From assembly GCF_028641065.1 (NCBI RefSeq), contig NC_073393.1, forward strand, positions 19,840,001-19,904,000: a stretch of DNA of 64,000 nucleotides, written 5' to 3'. The translations under genes and the position numbers were made by a program. The stretch is from Leucoraja erinacea (Eukaryota). Below are positions 1 to 11,764 of this stretch, in pieces. Every line of letters starts with the position of its first letter. Position 1 is the first letter of the stretch. Under the pieces are notes generated by a model. It was not told the DNA's origin. It searched no databases and saw only the letters and a list, made by a program, of their open reading frames with translations.

Positions 1-165
1 ACCCAAGATCAAGAAGATAATGATCGACTTCAGGAAGCGAAGTGGTACACATACCCCAGTATACACTGACGGCACAGAAGTAGAGATGGTTGAAAGCTTT
101 AAGTTCCTAGAAGTAAATATCATCAGTAACTGCCCCGAACCAGTCATATCAAAGCAATGGCCAAT
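1..165 (+). mobile_element. Rex1/Babar-type LINE fragment (continues at 1030 after a CR1 insertion)
   Basis: Translates to ..IDFRKRSGTHTPVYTDGTEVEMVESFKFLEVNI.., the post-RT region of these LINEs. Confidence 0.7.
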
Positions 166-180
166 AACATTGCTTTGAAA

Positions 181-1029
181 GGCATTCTTGCCATAGAGTA
201 CAGATAAGGTTCACCAGACTGATTCCTGGGATGTCAGGACTTTCATATGAAGAAAGACTGGATAGACTTGGTTTGTACTCGCTAGAATTTAGAAGATTGA
301 GGGGGGATCTTATAGAAACTTACAAAATTCTTAAGGGGTTGAACAGGCTAGATGCAGGAAGATTGTTCCCGATGTTGGGGAAGTCCAGAACAAGGGGTCA
401 CAGTTTAAGGATAAGGGGGAAATCTTTTAGGACCGAGATGAGGAAAACATTTTTCACACAGAGAGTGGTGAATCTCTGGAATTCTCTGCCACAGAAGGTA
501 GTTGAGGCCAGTTCATTAGCTATATTTAAGAGGGAGTTAGATGTGGCCCTTGTGGCTAAAGGGATCAGGAGGTATGGAGAGAAGGCAGGTACAGGATACT
601 GAGTTGGATGATCAGCCATGTTGGAGACCCCTTCCACCCCTGCAACGGACTGTTCCAGCTGCTACGGTCAGGCAAACGCCTCCGTTGCCATGCGGTGAGA
701 ACGGAGAGGTTGAGAAGGAGTTTCTTCCCAGAGGCAATTCGGACTGTAAACGCCTATCTCACCAGGGACTAACTCTACTGAACGTTTTTCCTTCCATTAT
801 TTATTATGTAAAAGAATATGTGTGTTTTGATTGTGTTTATAATTTGTTTGGTTGTTTTGTTGTTTGTCTTTTGCACTAAAGTCCGCGAGCATTGCCACTT
901 TCATTTCACTGCACATCTCGTATGTGTATGTGACAAATAAACTTGACTTGACTTGATGATCATATTGAATGGCGGTGCAGGCTCAAAAGGCCAAATGGCC
1001 TACTCCTGCACCTATTTTCTATGTTTCTA
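181..1029 (+). mobile_element. CR1 LINE 3' end, itself split by an insertion at ~619-956
   Basis: ORF 231-602 LSYEERLDRLGLYSLEFRRLRGDLIETYKI...FFTQRVVNLWNSLP; 3'UTR ends tttctatgtttcta. Confidence 0.9.
619..956 (+). mobile_element. Rex1/Babar-type LINE 3' end
   Basis: Translates to HPLQRTVQLLRSGKRLR..RTERLRRSFFPEAIRTVN-like sequence; AATAAA followed by an (ACTTG)n tail. Confidence 0.7.
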
Positions 1030-1810
1030 AAGCACACTAACACCTCTACTTCCTTAGAAGGCTTAAGAAGTTCGGCATGTCCCCAATAACTCTCACCAAC
1101 CTCTGCATATTGCATTGGAAAGCATTTTCTCGGGATGCATCACAGCGGAACATCTCCATCCAAGACCGCAAGAAATTGAAGAGAATTGTGGATGCAGCCC
1201 AGACCATCACACAAACCAACCTCCCTTCCAATGACTCCATCTATACTTCATGCGGCCTCTGCAAGGCCACCAGGATAATCAAGGACGCGACTCACAGCAA
1301 TCACCCCATCCTCTCCCCTCTCCCATCAGGCAAGAGGTATAGAAATGTGAAAACGCAAACCTCCAGATTCAGGGACAGATTCTTCCCAGCTGTTATGAGG
1401 CAAATGAACCATCCTATCAACAACTGGAGAGTGGCTCTGAGCTATCATCTACCTCATTGAAGACCCTCGGACTATCTTTGATCAGACCTTACTGGCTTTA
1501 CCTTGTACTAAAGTTTATTTCCTTTATCATGTATCTTCTTCTTCTTCTTGAGTACGGCGTGCACAGCCTAAAGTTGTATGACAACTTGTTCTATTTGATC
1601 TTATTTGATTGTGCACGCCGGGTTGATTGCATTCATCAAAACAGGTGAAGGTTGAAGGTTGCAATCTTCCACCCCTATCATGTATCTGTAGACTATGGAC
1701 AGCTCGATTGTAATCATTTATAATCTTTCCGCTGACTGGTTAGCAAGCAGAAAAAAGCATTTCACTGTACATGAGTACACGTGACAATAAACCACTAATT
1801 TAAACTAAAC
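1030..1810 (+). mobile_element. Rex1/Babar-type LINE 3' part
   Basis: LYFLRRLKKFGMSP...LSPLPSGKRYRNVKTQTSRFRDRFFPAVMRQMN; tail aataaa..(actaa)n. Confidence 0.8.
1537..1675 (-). mobile_element. Short structured (AAG)n-tailed retroelement
   Basis: 12-bp TSD tatcatgtatct at 1525-1536 and 1676-1687; related copies at 11658-11764, 8955-9000 and 13089-13135. Confidence 0.75.
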
Positions 1811-2134
1811 TATTCATGGACTGGCATTGCATGAAAACAGGCCATTCGGCCTACAAAATCCACACCTATGAATGAGCACTCATCCATGTTAATTCCATCA
1901 CCTAGCACTGTACTTTAAGGCTAAGAGATTCATGGGCTCATCTGAACATTTATTAAATGCTGTCAGCGACTCTACCTCCACCACTCTCTAATGCAGCATA
2001 TTCCAGATATTGAGCACTCTCTGAGTGAAACAAATATCCATCGGATCCCCACCAAAATTATTTCCCCCTTCCCCTCAATCTATGTTCCCTAGTTTCATCC
2101 GCTTCTGATGCAGGACCTCCCACAGCACGCCCTG

Positions 2135-2360
2135 TGTACAGGAAGGAACTGCAGATGCTGGTTTAAACCAAAGATAGACACAAAAAGCTGGAGTAACTCA
2201 GTGGGACAGGCAGCATCTCTGGAGAGGAGGAATGGGTGATGTTTCAGGTCGAGACGCTTCTTCAGAATCTGAAGAGTCTCAACCCGAAACGTCACCCATT
2301 CCTTCTCTCCAGAGATGCTGCCTGTCCCACAGTTTGTCCAGCTTTTTGTGTCTATCTTCT
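2135..2360. mobile_element. Palindromic Penelope-derived short element (degenerate hammerhead cores)
   Basis: Inverted arms agacacaaaaagctgga..gggacaggcagcatctctggaga / tctccagagatgctgcctgtccc..tccagctttttgtgtct around cttcttcaga..tctgaaga..cccgaaacgtc. Confidence 0.7.
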
Positions 2361-3539
2361 ATTTATAACCCACACAATTTGATGTCCCCTTGCTGCTGCT
2401 GGTCTCGACTATCCACCACACAGTGACATGTGAACACCTATTGTGGCTGATTACTCCTCAAATCTTCTGTTAGATTAATCCATTGGCCTGTTCTGTGTGT
2501 TTCCTTCCTCCTCTGTGTACTGAGCCTGATTAACCCATCACTGTATTCTTTCTGAGCAATTTCTAAGAATAGCAGAGTCTTATTAATATCACATAATCAA
2601 CATTAAAAGCAATTTTCCGCAGGAGTTAAACAATGAGCAGCTGGAGGAAGAGGTGGGTTGATTACAGAAAAGGAAGGTGATCTCTGTACACAGGCAGGAA
2701 TAGCAGATGAGTAGTTCACCCTGATCTCTGCTAATGCGCTGATCTCTGATACTACCTGTGCCCCACGGGAAGGAGAGTCAGTGGAGGTGATAAAAGAGTA
2801 GTGGAAAGGCCAGTTAATGAGTCAGCTTCAGGACAGGGTATACGCATGAAGGAGGGAGTGGGATGGAAGTGTGATGAGATTTGACCAGTAACTGAGGGCC
2901 GGTCAGTTTAACCTTGGATCTGGGACAACTTTTAGAAACTACACAGGGGAAAAGAGAGCTTGAGCTGATAAATGCGAGTCGGTGTGAGTTTGTGAAAGGC
3001 AAGTTGTTTTGCCTAACCTGACCGAATTCTTTCTTTGGTGAGGTAATTGACAAGGTTGATGAAAGGAATAGAGTAAATGTCACAAAGCTGGGCTTTCAGA
3101 CAACACGGGACAGAAGGCAGGTTGGTGACGCTTTGGCCCATGAATGAGGAGAATTGTTCATTTTGGAGTAAACTGTGGCATTTTAAGAGCCAGCAGTGAC
3201 CTCACCCAAAGTTAAATGACCAGAAGTTATACAGATAGGAAATAATTCAAGAAGTAGGCAGATAGTGGTGGTAACGGCAGGTGAAAAATGATGTTGGTCC
3301 CCAGTGTGGTCACTGATGGCTCTTACATTGCAACAGTTCACCACAAAACCCCAATGCATGAGAGTCTCAACTTTACATAGCTCACAGCCAAACATTCCAT
3401 GAGCTACCTGTACTGAGACCTGCTGACACAGGGTAGCAGCATTGAGTCGCCAGAGCAATAAACCTCAGTCACATGAGAGTCGCCACAGAGCTAAATTAAG
3501 TGCACAGTATTCTGTCAACATCTGCAACAGCATCCCTCC

Positions 3540-3775
3540 GACAACAGATGGAAGAGTGCCCCTCTAACTACATCTGGAACAGTGCCCCTCTGGCAAGAGC
3601 TTGAACAGTATCCTTCACAAACAGCAGGAGCAGTCCCTGACAAAACAGCTGGAACAACTCCCCTTACTGACAGCAACAGGAACAGCAGCACTCACAAACA
3701 ACTGGAACAACACCCTCTCACAAACAGCCGCTGGAATTTTTCTCATGGACAGCAGCTGGAACAGTGTCCCTATCA
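3540..3775. repeat. Degenerate ~25-bp tandem repeat
   Basis: About nine variants of acagctggaacagtgcccctc. Confidence 0.6.
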
Positions 3776-3825
3776 ATGAGTGTAATAACTCGGTTTATCT
3801 TGGCATAACTTTTCAATAGAAACAT

Positions 3826-4370
3826 TGAAAAGATGAACATAGCACAGGAACAGTCCTGCCCATAATGTCTGTGCCGAACATGGTGCCAAGACCATATCTT
3901 AGCTGCCTGCACATAATCCATATCCCACCATTCCCTGCATAACCATATGTCTATCCAAAAGTCTCTTAAATGCCACTATCATATCTGCCTTAACCACCGT
4001 GACAGGTAGGGCATTCCAGGCACCTCAGTGTACAAGACTTGCCCTTCACATCTCCTTTAAACTTTGCTCCTCTCACTTTAAAATTATGCTGTGCAGTTTT
4101 GGATTTTTCCACATGGGGAAAAGATTCAGACTATCTACTCTACCCATGCCTCTCTTAATTTTATGTACTTGTATCAGGTCTCCCTGCAATCTCCAACATT
4201 CCAGAGAAAGCAATCCAGATCTGCAGCCAATATCCCCTAATCCAGCATCCTTCTTGTAAACCTCCTCCACGCTCTTTCCAATGCTTCCACATCTTTCCAG
4301 TAATGGGATGAACAGAACTGCACATGATACTCCAAAAGCCGCCTGGCCAGTATCCCATAAAGCTACATTG
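3826..4370 (-). mobile_element. CR1 LINE 3' end, decayed
   Basis: GLLSLECWRLQGDLIQVHKIKRGMGRVDSLNLFPM on the minus strand; a further older CR1 piece follows at ~4530-4760. Confidence 0.8.
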
Positions 4371-6027
4371 ACTTCATAATGAAGGATGAAGGCAGTGGAC
4401 TTGAGAACATAAAGGAATTCTGACTGATTTACCTACATTATCTTTAATTTTCATTCAGAGGGTACAGGCTCAGCATATTTACTCACTGCACTAACCCTGT
4501 AATCAATGTGGCAAACTTGCATTGTACACACTTCACATCCTTAGGTAGGGAGATAAGACCAATACGTCAAACTCCAGATTTGGTCTCATCAGCACCCTGT
4601 ATATTTGGAGTAAGATGTCTCTACTCAAGTCTTGCAATGAAGTCCAACATGTGGCATGTCTTCTCAGTTGCTTGCTGCACCTGCAACAATATCCAAATCT
4701 CTGTGAATGCCAATGCCTTTCGATCACTTTTTTAATTATTCCCCATCAAAGTGGATTACTTCATATTTCCACGTCACCTGGCCCATCTGGCGGGTGGTTC
4801 CCCAGTGACTCAGCCTTGCTCCAACTTCAGGAAGCTGCTTTGTATTCTGTTTATAGAGTCCACACAACTGCCTAGCTTGATATCATCGGTAAACCTGCAC
4901 ATGTAAAATGTCACACCCCTCCATGCAACCATTTCCATAGATTGTGAGGAAGGGTTCCAGCACCAGTCACAACTGTCCATCCCCAAAATGATCTGGTTAT
5001 TGTGTTCATTATCCGAGGCAGTTCCTCGACAGTGAAGGTGACCTGCTTCCTCTCAGGTGCAGTGATTTTGAAATGTCTGTTGAAGACATTGTGGGAACTG
5101 CACTCCTCCATGGCCAAGTAGATGGTGTCTGATGGGGCCAGTGGATAATGCGGGAGATGGTGCCATCCCACCTTGATTTATGCTGGGATTCTGCGTTCTC
5201 CTAATACATGAGCCTGAGGTTCTCACTAATGTCTCCCCTTCACTTTGAGTGACCATGGGTCATCGATTCCCAGGAGTCAATCAGGATGTCACATTTATTC
5301 ACAGAAATTTTATATAAATCCGTGGACTTTTTTCCGCTATCCACCTCTTCCCACTATGGAGCTCCAAGCTGGATGGCTGACCTGCAAATGACATGCCCAG
5401 CCCAAGGTAATCAACTGGGAGTAACGGGTTTCTCAGTGCTGGGGTGCTGGCCAGTAGACTCAGTTTGCTGATCCTTCCCTGTGGAGCATTCTGTGCAAGC
5501 AGAATGTTATTGTTCTGGTGCATAGAGATGTTTGCTGTGGGTAATCCAGAAACAGAGCACGGTAGGGATCACTGCTGCTCATTGCTGCCCAGTAGATCAT
5601 TAGCTCGGTGCCAGGTTTAACCTTTTAATCTTCCAATATCCATATGTAGTCTTATGATCCATTGTCTGCCTTCATGGATAGACAGCTCCCAAGATTTTGG
5701 AAATGCTGCTTGTACGGTGGGGACCAGATGTTGAGGGACATTGTTTTCAGAACGCTAAGTGTAAGGCCATCTTGTCACCTGCTTCAGAGATGAAGGCGAC
5801 GGTGATTTGGAGCTTGGCATCTGATCGTGCACTTAAGGTATTGCCTGTGTGCGAGAACTCTGCAGCTGACCCTCCTGCAGGTCCTGGCCCAAAATGCCAC
5901 TTGTGCATGTTCTCCAAAGATGCTGCCTGACCCGCTGAGTTATTCCAGCACTTTATCTTTTATCATGGTGCTTGGTGCTGCTGTCTGCATCTCTCGTGGT
6001 GTTGCATATATAAGGAATGCATATATC

Positions 6028-6303
6028 GTGGAAACAGGGCTCTCGGTCCACCAAGTGCACGCTGACCAGTGATCACCCGTACACTAGTTCCATCCTACAT
6101 ACTCGTAACAATTTACAGAAGCCAAATAACCTACAAATCTGCACATCTTTGGAATGTGGGACAAAACCCGAGCACCCAGAGAAACCCCACACAGGTCACA
6201 GGGAGAAAGTACAAACTCTGCACAGACATCACCCATAGTCGGGATCGAACCCGAGTCTCTGATGCTGTAAGACAGCAATGCTACCGCTGCACCACTGGGC
6301 TGC
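6028..6303 (-). mobile_element. HE1-type tRNA-derived SINE
   Basis: Minus-strand head gggcagcccagtggtgcagcggtagcattgctgtcttacagcatcagagactcgggttcgatcccgac with A/B boxes, followed by the shared central gggtttctctgggtgctcgggttt core. Confidence 0.85.
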
Positions 6304-7704
6304 CCTTGCCTTGATGCAACTTTCCATAATGCGCCCATACCATGAATCAAGAAATGTGAAATGAAAATACAACAAAAGTTGACATAAATTCCTTGGCAGC
6401 CAATTTATATTCCATGTCTCAGATATTTTGGTAGTTATTTGTGAATTCAGTCAGGGTAAAACTTTGTTACCCAAACAGAGTAAGGCACCAGTGGGTACAG
6501 GTAGATAGTTCCTTGAAAGTGGTGAAACAGGAAATCAGGATGGGGGGGGGGGGGGGAGGGTTTGGTGTTCTTGCCTTCCTTGGTCAGGGCATAGACCAAT
6601 TTTGGATGATCAGCCATGATCATATTGAATGGTGGTGCTAGCTTGAAGGGCTGAATGGCCTACACCTGCACCTAGTTTCTATGTTTCTTTGAACCAGGGA
6701 GTACAGCAGCAAAGTAATCATGAATTTCAAAGGAAGAGGAACATCTCCACATATTCCTGAAGGTAAAGAACCTGCGAACTGCAGAGCACATGGTGGACAT
6801 GGTGGAAGAACCTGGAGGCAAGGCAGCTGATGCACAGACATGACATGACCGAGAGCCAGACATGACCGAGAGCCAAGAATGGGGATTAACCCACCAGGGA
6901 AGTTATCAACTCTGATTTGAGGGCCCTTGGCTCCATTCCTCAGCAGACTGCGGCTCAGCCTGTTGTGCCAACACACAGCAGTTGATTTGAAACCTTCTTA
7001 CTGAGCCTTAGCTGTGGCTGCCCGCAACCTCGGGTGCCCGTGGAGAAACGATGGAGAGCAAGTGTCGGGGTTCCCACAGAACTGTGGCTGTCTTATCCTT
7101 GCTCATTCTCTTGGGAGCGCAGTGGTGGAGACAGCCGGGTGCCTCCTGTTAGAAGGGTAGCTCTTACCCTGCACGTCATTCCAAAGCTCCCTTCCACCCT
7201 GATTCTTCAGGTCTGGGGTTCATGGGTCTCCGCTGGACCCGTTTGCACAGGGGTTCTGTGGAGATGCCTTGGTGGGTGGGAGGTGCTATAGGAGGTGGTA
7301 TTGTTTCCCAACCACTACCCAGTGGCTCCTGTAGGGGGCGAGGACTGACAACACCTCCCCTCTACCCTTCAACATTCCGGTGAGAAGGGGCGATGTTGTA
7401 GCTGGAGGCTCGGCAGATCAAGACCTTACCTGCTGGGGCCGGGCACCGAGACAGCTGCTGTGCATAAGGCTGGGCTCCCCAGCTCACAGTCTGGCACCAC
7501 ACTGCTCACTCCCGGGATTCGTGACAGTCACTGGAGTTAACATAGGCTTCAGGAGCAGGGCGGAGCCTGAGCAGGGGGGTGGGTCGGGCAAAGCTGCTGA
7601 GAGAGCGTGACTCGGCACAAATGAGCCGGGAGCCTGCAGTGTCAGGAGAGTATCAGAGGGCTGGCCGACAGAAAAGAATGGGACACATGCCTGAACATTA
7701 ACCC

Positions 7705-8300
7705 TGCACACTCTGACCATTCACAGTCTGTCCCCACATACTCTGACCTCACATGACTTGGCACTCACACTCTGTCCTCTCACACTCTGTAACAGGCAAT
7801 CTTTAACCCCTTACATTCTTGATGTTTTACATTTCCGTCTCACACTCTGTCTCTTTACACTCTGACTCTTCACATTTGCACCCCTCTCTCTGACCCCTCA
7901 CACTCTGGACCATCACGTTCTGTTTCTTTACACTCCTCACACTCTTACCCCTTCACACTTTCACCACTCACAGTTTGACCCCTCACCATCTTGACCTCAT
8001 TCTAACCCCTCACTTTCACCATTGAAACTGACTGCACACTTTGTCCTTTCACACTCTCACCCCTCACACTCTGACTGCTCACACTCTGATAACTCGCACT
8101 CTGATAACTCAGTCTGACAACTCACACTCTGACTCCACATACCCTGTCCCTTCTCACACTGACCCCTCGCATTCAGTGCCTTCACACTCTGACAACTAAT
8201 TCCTCACTCATTTCTCTCACACTCTGATCCCTTCTTCTGTGAGCCTTCACGTTCACCCCTTCACACCGAACTTTAATGCACTGACCTTTCATTCTGCAGC
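7705..8300. repeat. Low-complexity (CACACTCTGAC)-like tract
   Basis: Degenerate ctcacactctgac units; part is duplicated at ~11560-11940. Confidence 0.75.
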
Positions 8301-9532
8301 CCTCTGGCCAAAGCATACTTTGAACCTCACAACCTGAACCAAAGTCACTCCAACCCTTCAGGTATTTACCAAAGCACACAATTTGTGCTCTCTTTGCAAA
8401 CAATTGCTGTATTCATGTCATCATATTGAAAGGCTGACCCCACATTCAGTGGCCAGTCTGACCTGTCAACCTTGAGACTGACCTCTCACCTCAGAGTTTG
8501 TTGCTCCCATTCAAACATCCTTCACACATACAGACTCAGCCATCGCACTGATAATCAATGTCACCTTAGACTCTAATCCTATACACAAGACCAGAAACCA
8601 ACCATTATGCCCTGTCAGTCCACGTGGCTCTACTTGAACGGTTCCCTCCCTCTCTAATCCCCAGGCCTCGGCGTGACCCTTTATACCCATCCCATGCCTC
8701 CCCCATTCTTCACTTCCATCAGTTACTCTGGGCATGAGTTCCACAGCCTCACCCCTCTGTTGGTAAAGACGTTTCCTCTGAAATTCCTATCGGTATCCTG
8801 GAGACCCCCGATCACTGACAGCCTTTGGTGATGCTTTTCCCCACAATGGTACCACTGAGATAAAGAATGTTAGCTTTTCAGTGTTCCCTGTTCAGCCTCC
8901 AGCTTCAATTTCCAAAGAGAAACCAAGTCCAGTGGGTCCATCGTTTCCCAATGCATCTTTTTCATCTTGCATATGGCGTGAACAGCTTAAAGTTGTAGGA
9001 TAATCAATGTCACTTTAGACTCTAATCCTATACACAAGACCAGAAACCGACCATTATGCCCTACCAGTCACCCCCCACCCCCCGCACCCCAATGAATAAA
9101 CACTCACATCTCCAACATCCTTGTGAACCACATCCACACTCTCTCATGTGCTTCTGCATTTTTTCTATGGCACATCATGCAGAGCTCCACTGAGTGGTCC
9201 AACCAAGGTTTTTATACAAGTTTAGCATAACTTATTTACTTTTCATTTCTACTCCTTTTAAAATAAACCCAAGTATTTGGTTTGCTTTTTGCATAGCCTT
9301 GCTAACGTATCACGATGGGTTCATTAAACTCTATTCCTGATTCTTTACCCTATTCAGGCACAGTTCCCGAATAATGTAATCTTCAAACACCTCCCACTAA
9401 TTATTTGCCCATTCTATGCTAATCCATATCCTTTTGATTGTAGTTCCCTCAGCATTATCCACCTCATTGACAGACCATGTCCCAGTACTAATAGTGGATG
9501 ATGAGGGTGGGGGAGTAGGGGAACAAATGCAG

Positions 9533-9990
9533 AAATATCGGCGAGACCAAGCGTAGACTTGGGGACCGTTCCGCTGAACACTTACGCTCAATCCGCTTTG
9601 GCCTATGCGATCTCCTAGTTGCCAAACATTTTAACTCGCGTTCCCATTTCCATACTGACCTTCCTATCCTGGGCCTCCCCCACTGTCAGAGTGAGGCCAC
9701 AGGCCAATTGGTGGAACAGCACCTCTAATTTCAAGTAATTTCTGTATTTTGTCCACCCCTCCCCCCGTCATCCTACTAGTTCCACTGTTTGCAATTTTGT
9801 ATCCCTGTCATTAGCACATCTTCCCCAGCCAACAACAGGCTATAATGGACTCCTCCCTTCCTGTTGTGATCTGTTGCTTGCCCGGTTTGATCTAGTCTCG
9901 TCTATCTTTCAGTCTGAAGAAGAGTACCGACCCAAAACGTCACTTACTCCTTTTCCCCAGACACACCAGCATTTTTGGTCTATCTTCAGA
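9533..9990 (+). mobile_element. Penelope-like element 3' remnant (GIY-YIG endonuclease end plus terminal repeat)
   Basis: IGETKRRLGDRSAEHLRSIR..LLVAKHFNSRSHFHTDLPILGLPHCQSEATGQLVEQHL, followed by gtctgaagaagagtaccgacccaaaacgtcac (degenerate hammerhead) at ~9912-9943. Confidence 0.8.
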
Positions 9991-11195
9991 ATACAATCAG
10001 ATCAGCAGTAATTTTACTGAACTCAACTTTACTGTCTCCACGTTCCTGTCCGAATAGCCTTCAGTCTATTGATGAATCAATATTTAAAAGCAAGAAGCTC
10101 AGACCAGGTTCAAAATATTTAAAAGCAAGAGCTCAGACCAGGTATAAAATGCATGGCCTACCTAGCAGACTGATCCACACTCTTCTCGTTGGCTCCAACA
10201 CATGGATTTCGTACAGCAGGCCCACAAGGCACTGGAAAGATAATTCCCCTTCCTCTTAAAGATGTGCTGGGAGGAAAAATTGGATTAGTGTAGCATAACT
10301 GTAAATGTGTGCTTGCTGTTTGGTGGGTTTAATAGGGCAAAACGCCTGTTGCATACCATGCGAGTCGAAATTAAATTGGGTTAAAAAGCCAATTTCAACA
10401 GTGGTGATCATAATGCCACCTGATCCTAGCAAGGATCCATCTGGAAGCCTTGTCCAAGGAAGGAAAATTGCTGTCCTCATCCCCTCATGCCTCTCTATGA
10501 CTGTCTTCCGAAATGCCCTGGAGGGTCTTGTCAGGAAAGTCACACCCCAAAATAAATATGAAACAGCAGAGGAATTTCAAGAGACTAAATGTAGGAATCC
10601 CAAGTTAAAAACCAATTGCTGGAGGAATTCAAACAACACACCTCTATTTCCCCAACCCTCCCCACGGATACTACCTGACCGTTGAGTTCCTCCAGCAGTT
10701 TGGTTTATGACAGCAGAAGAGACTCGATATGCAAATTGGGAAATTACAGGAAGGGATGTGGAATGTTGAACTCGCCGAATGCAGAGAATGGAAGGGGAAA
10801 TGCATTTTTGAAATCTTGATAGTTTTGGGAAGATTGTAGTTATTAGCAAAGAGATTAGAAGATTTTAAGCGTTTGTTTTAATTACGTTTATTTAAACCAA
10901 GAAGATTTTGTAACTAAGCTGCGTCTTTCGCTGAAATGGCCAGGCCTAGGGACCTTGAGACAATCATAAATCGTCTTCTGTCCTTACAAAACCCTACGGG
11001 TAATTTGCAAGAGCACAGTCAGGAAAAAGCATTTGCCTAAAAATAATCTCAAGATTATCTGAGATACTCAGATGTTTTGCCTGTGCTGTGGAGAGTGGGT
11101 AGTACCGTTGGTTATCCCCAAGACAATTGCTTAAACATATATTTATCACCATGACTTTGCAATATGTAAGCTAGTTGCTGTGTTTCTAGCTTTAA

Positions 11196-11473
11196 GACGC
11201 TACAGGTCTCTCCATTGCCGGACTGGCAGGTTCAGGAACAGCTTCTACCCTGCGGCTGTTACACAATCTAACTCTGCACCTTGGTGATTGCCAGTCACTG
11301 CACCCGGACACTCCTTCCCCCAGAAAAATTGCACTACTGCTACTGTATGTACATATATATATTAATGTTCCATTATTCTGTGTTCGCTCTTCTGGGTGAG
11401 ATGCTAGCTGCATTTCGTTGTCTCTGTACTGTACACCGCACAATGACAATAAAGATTCAATCCGAATCTGAAT
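11196..11473 (+). mobile_element. Rex1/Babar-type LINE 3' fragment
   Basis: RRYRSLHCRTGRFRNSFYPAAV; aataaa plus a (tgaatc)-like tail; absent from the paralogous copy at 11952-12203. Confidence 0.75.
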
Positions 11474-11657
11474 GCATTTAAAACAGGACTTTGAAAGGCA
11501 AAACATTCCTGCTCTTCTGTTACACTACTCACACTCTTATCCTTTGACCCCCTCACTGTACTGACCTCATTCTAACCAAATACTCTAACCCCATTACATT
11601 TTCACCACTCAAGCTGACCCCTCACAATTTGTCCTTTCACACTCTCTCCCCTCGCAC

Positions 11658-11764
11658 TGGAAGATTGCAACCTTTACGTGATCGGCCCTGTTTCGACGAA
11701 GGCAATCAAATAAAACAAGTTGTCCTACAACTTTAGGCTGTGCCTGCCATACGCAAGAAGAAGA
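11658..11764 (+). mobile_element. Short structured (AAG)n-tailed retroelement, second copy
   Basis: Same 5' end (tggaagattgcaacctt) and 3' end (ctttaggctgtg..caagaagaaga) as 1537-1675; imperfect TSD cccctcgcact/cccctgacact. Confidence 0.7.

Noticed and set aside
3540-3775. CRISPR-like repeat-spacer array
   Set aside because: The context is eukaryotic and the units are degenerate tandem copies without unique spacers.
6690-6845. Possible coding exon (coiled-coil/TRIM-like EEEHLHIFLK)
   Set aside because: The resemblance needs a frameshift and no other TRIM exons are visible.
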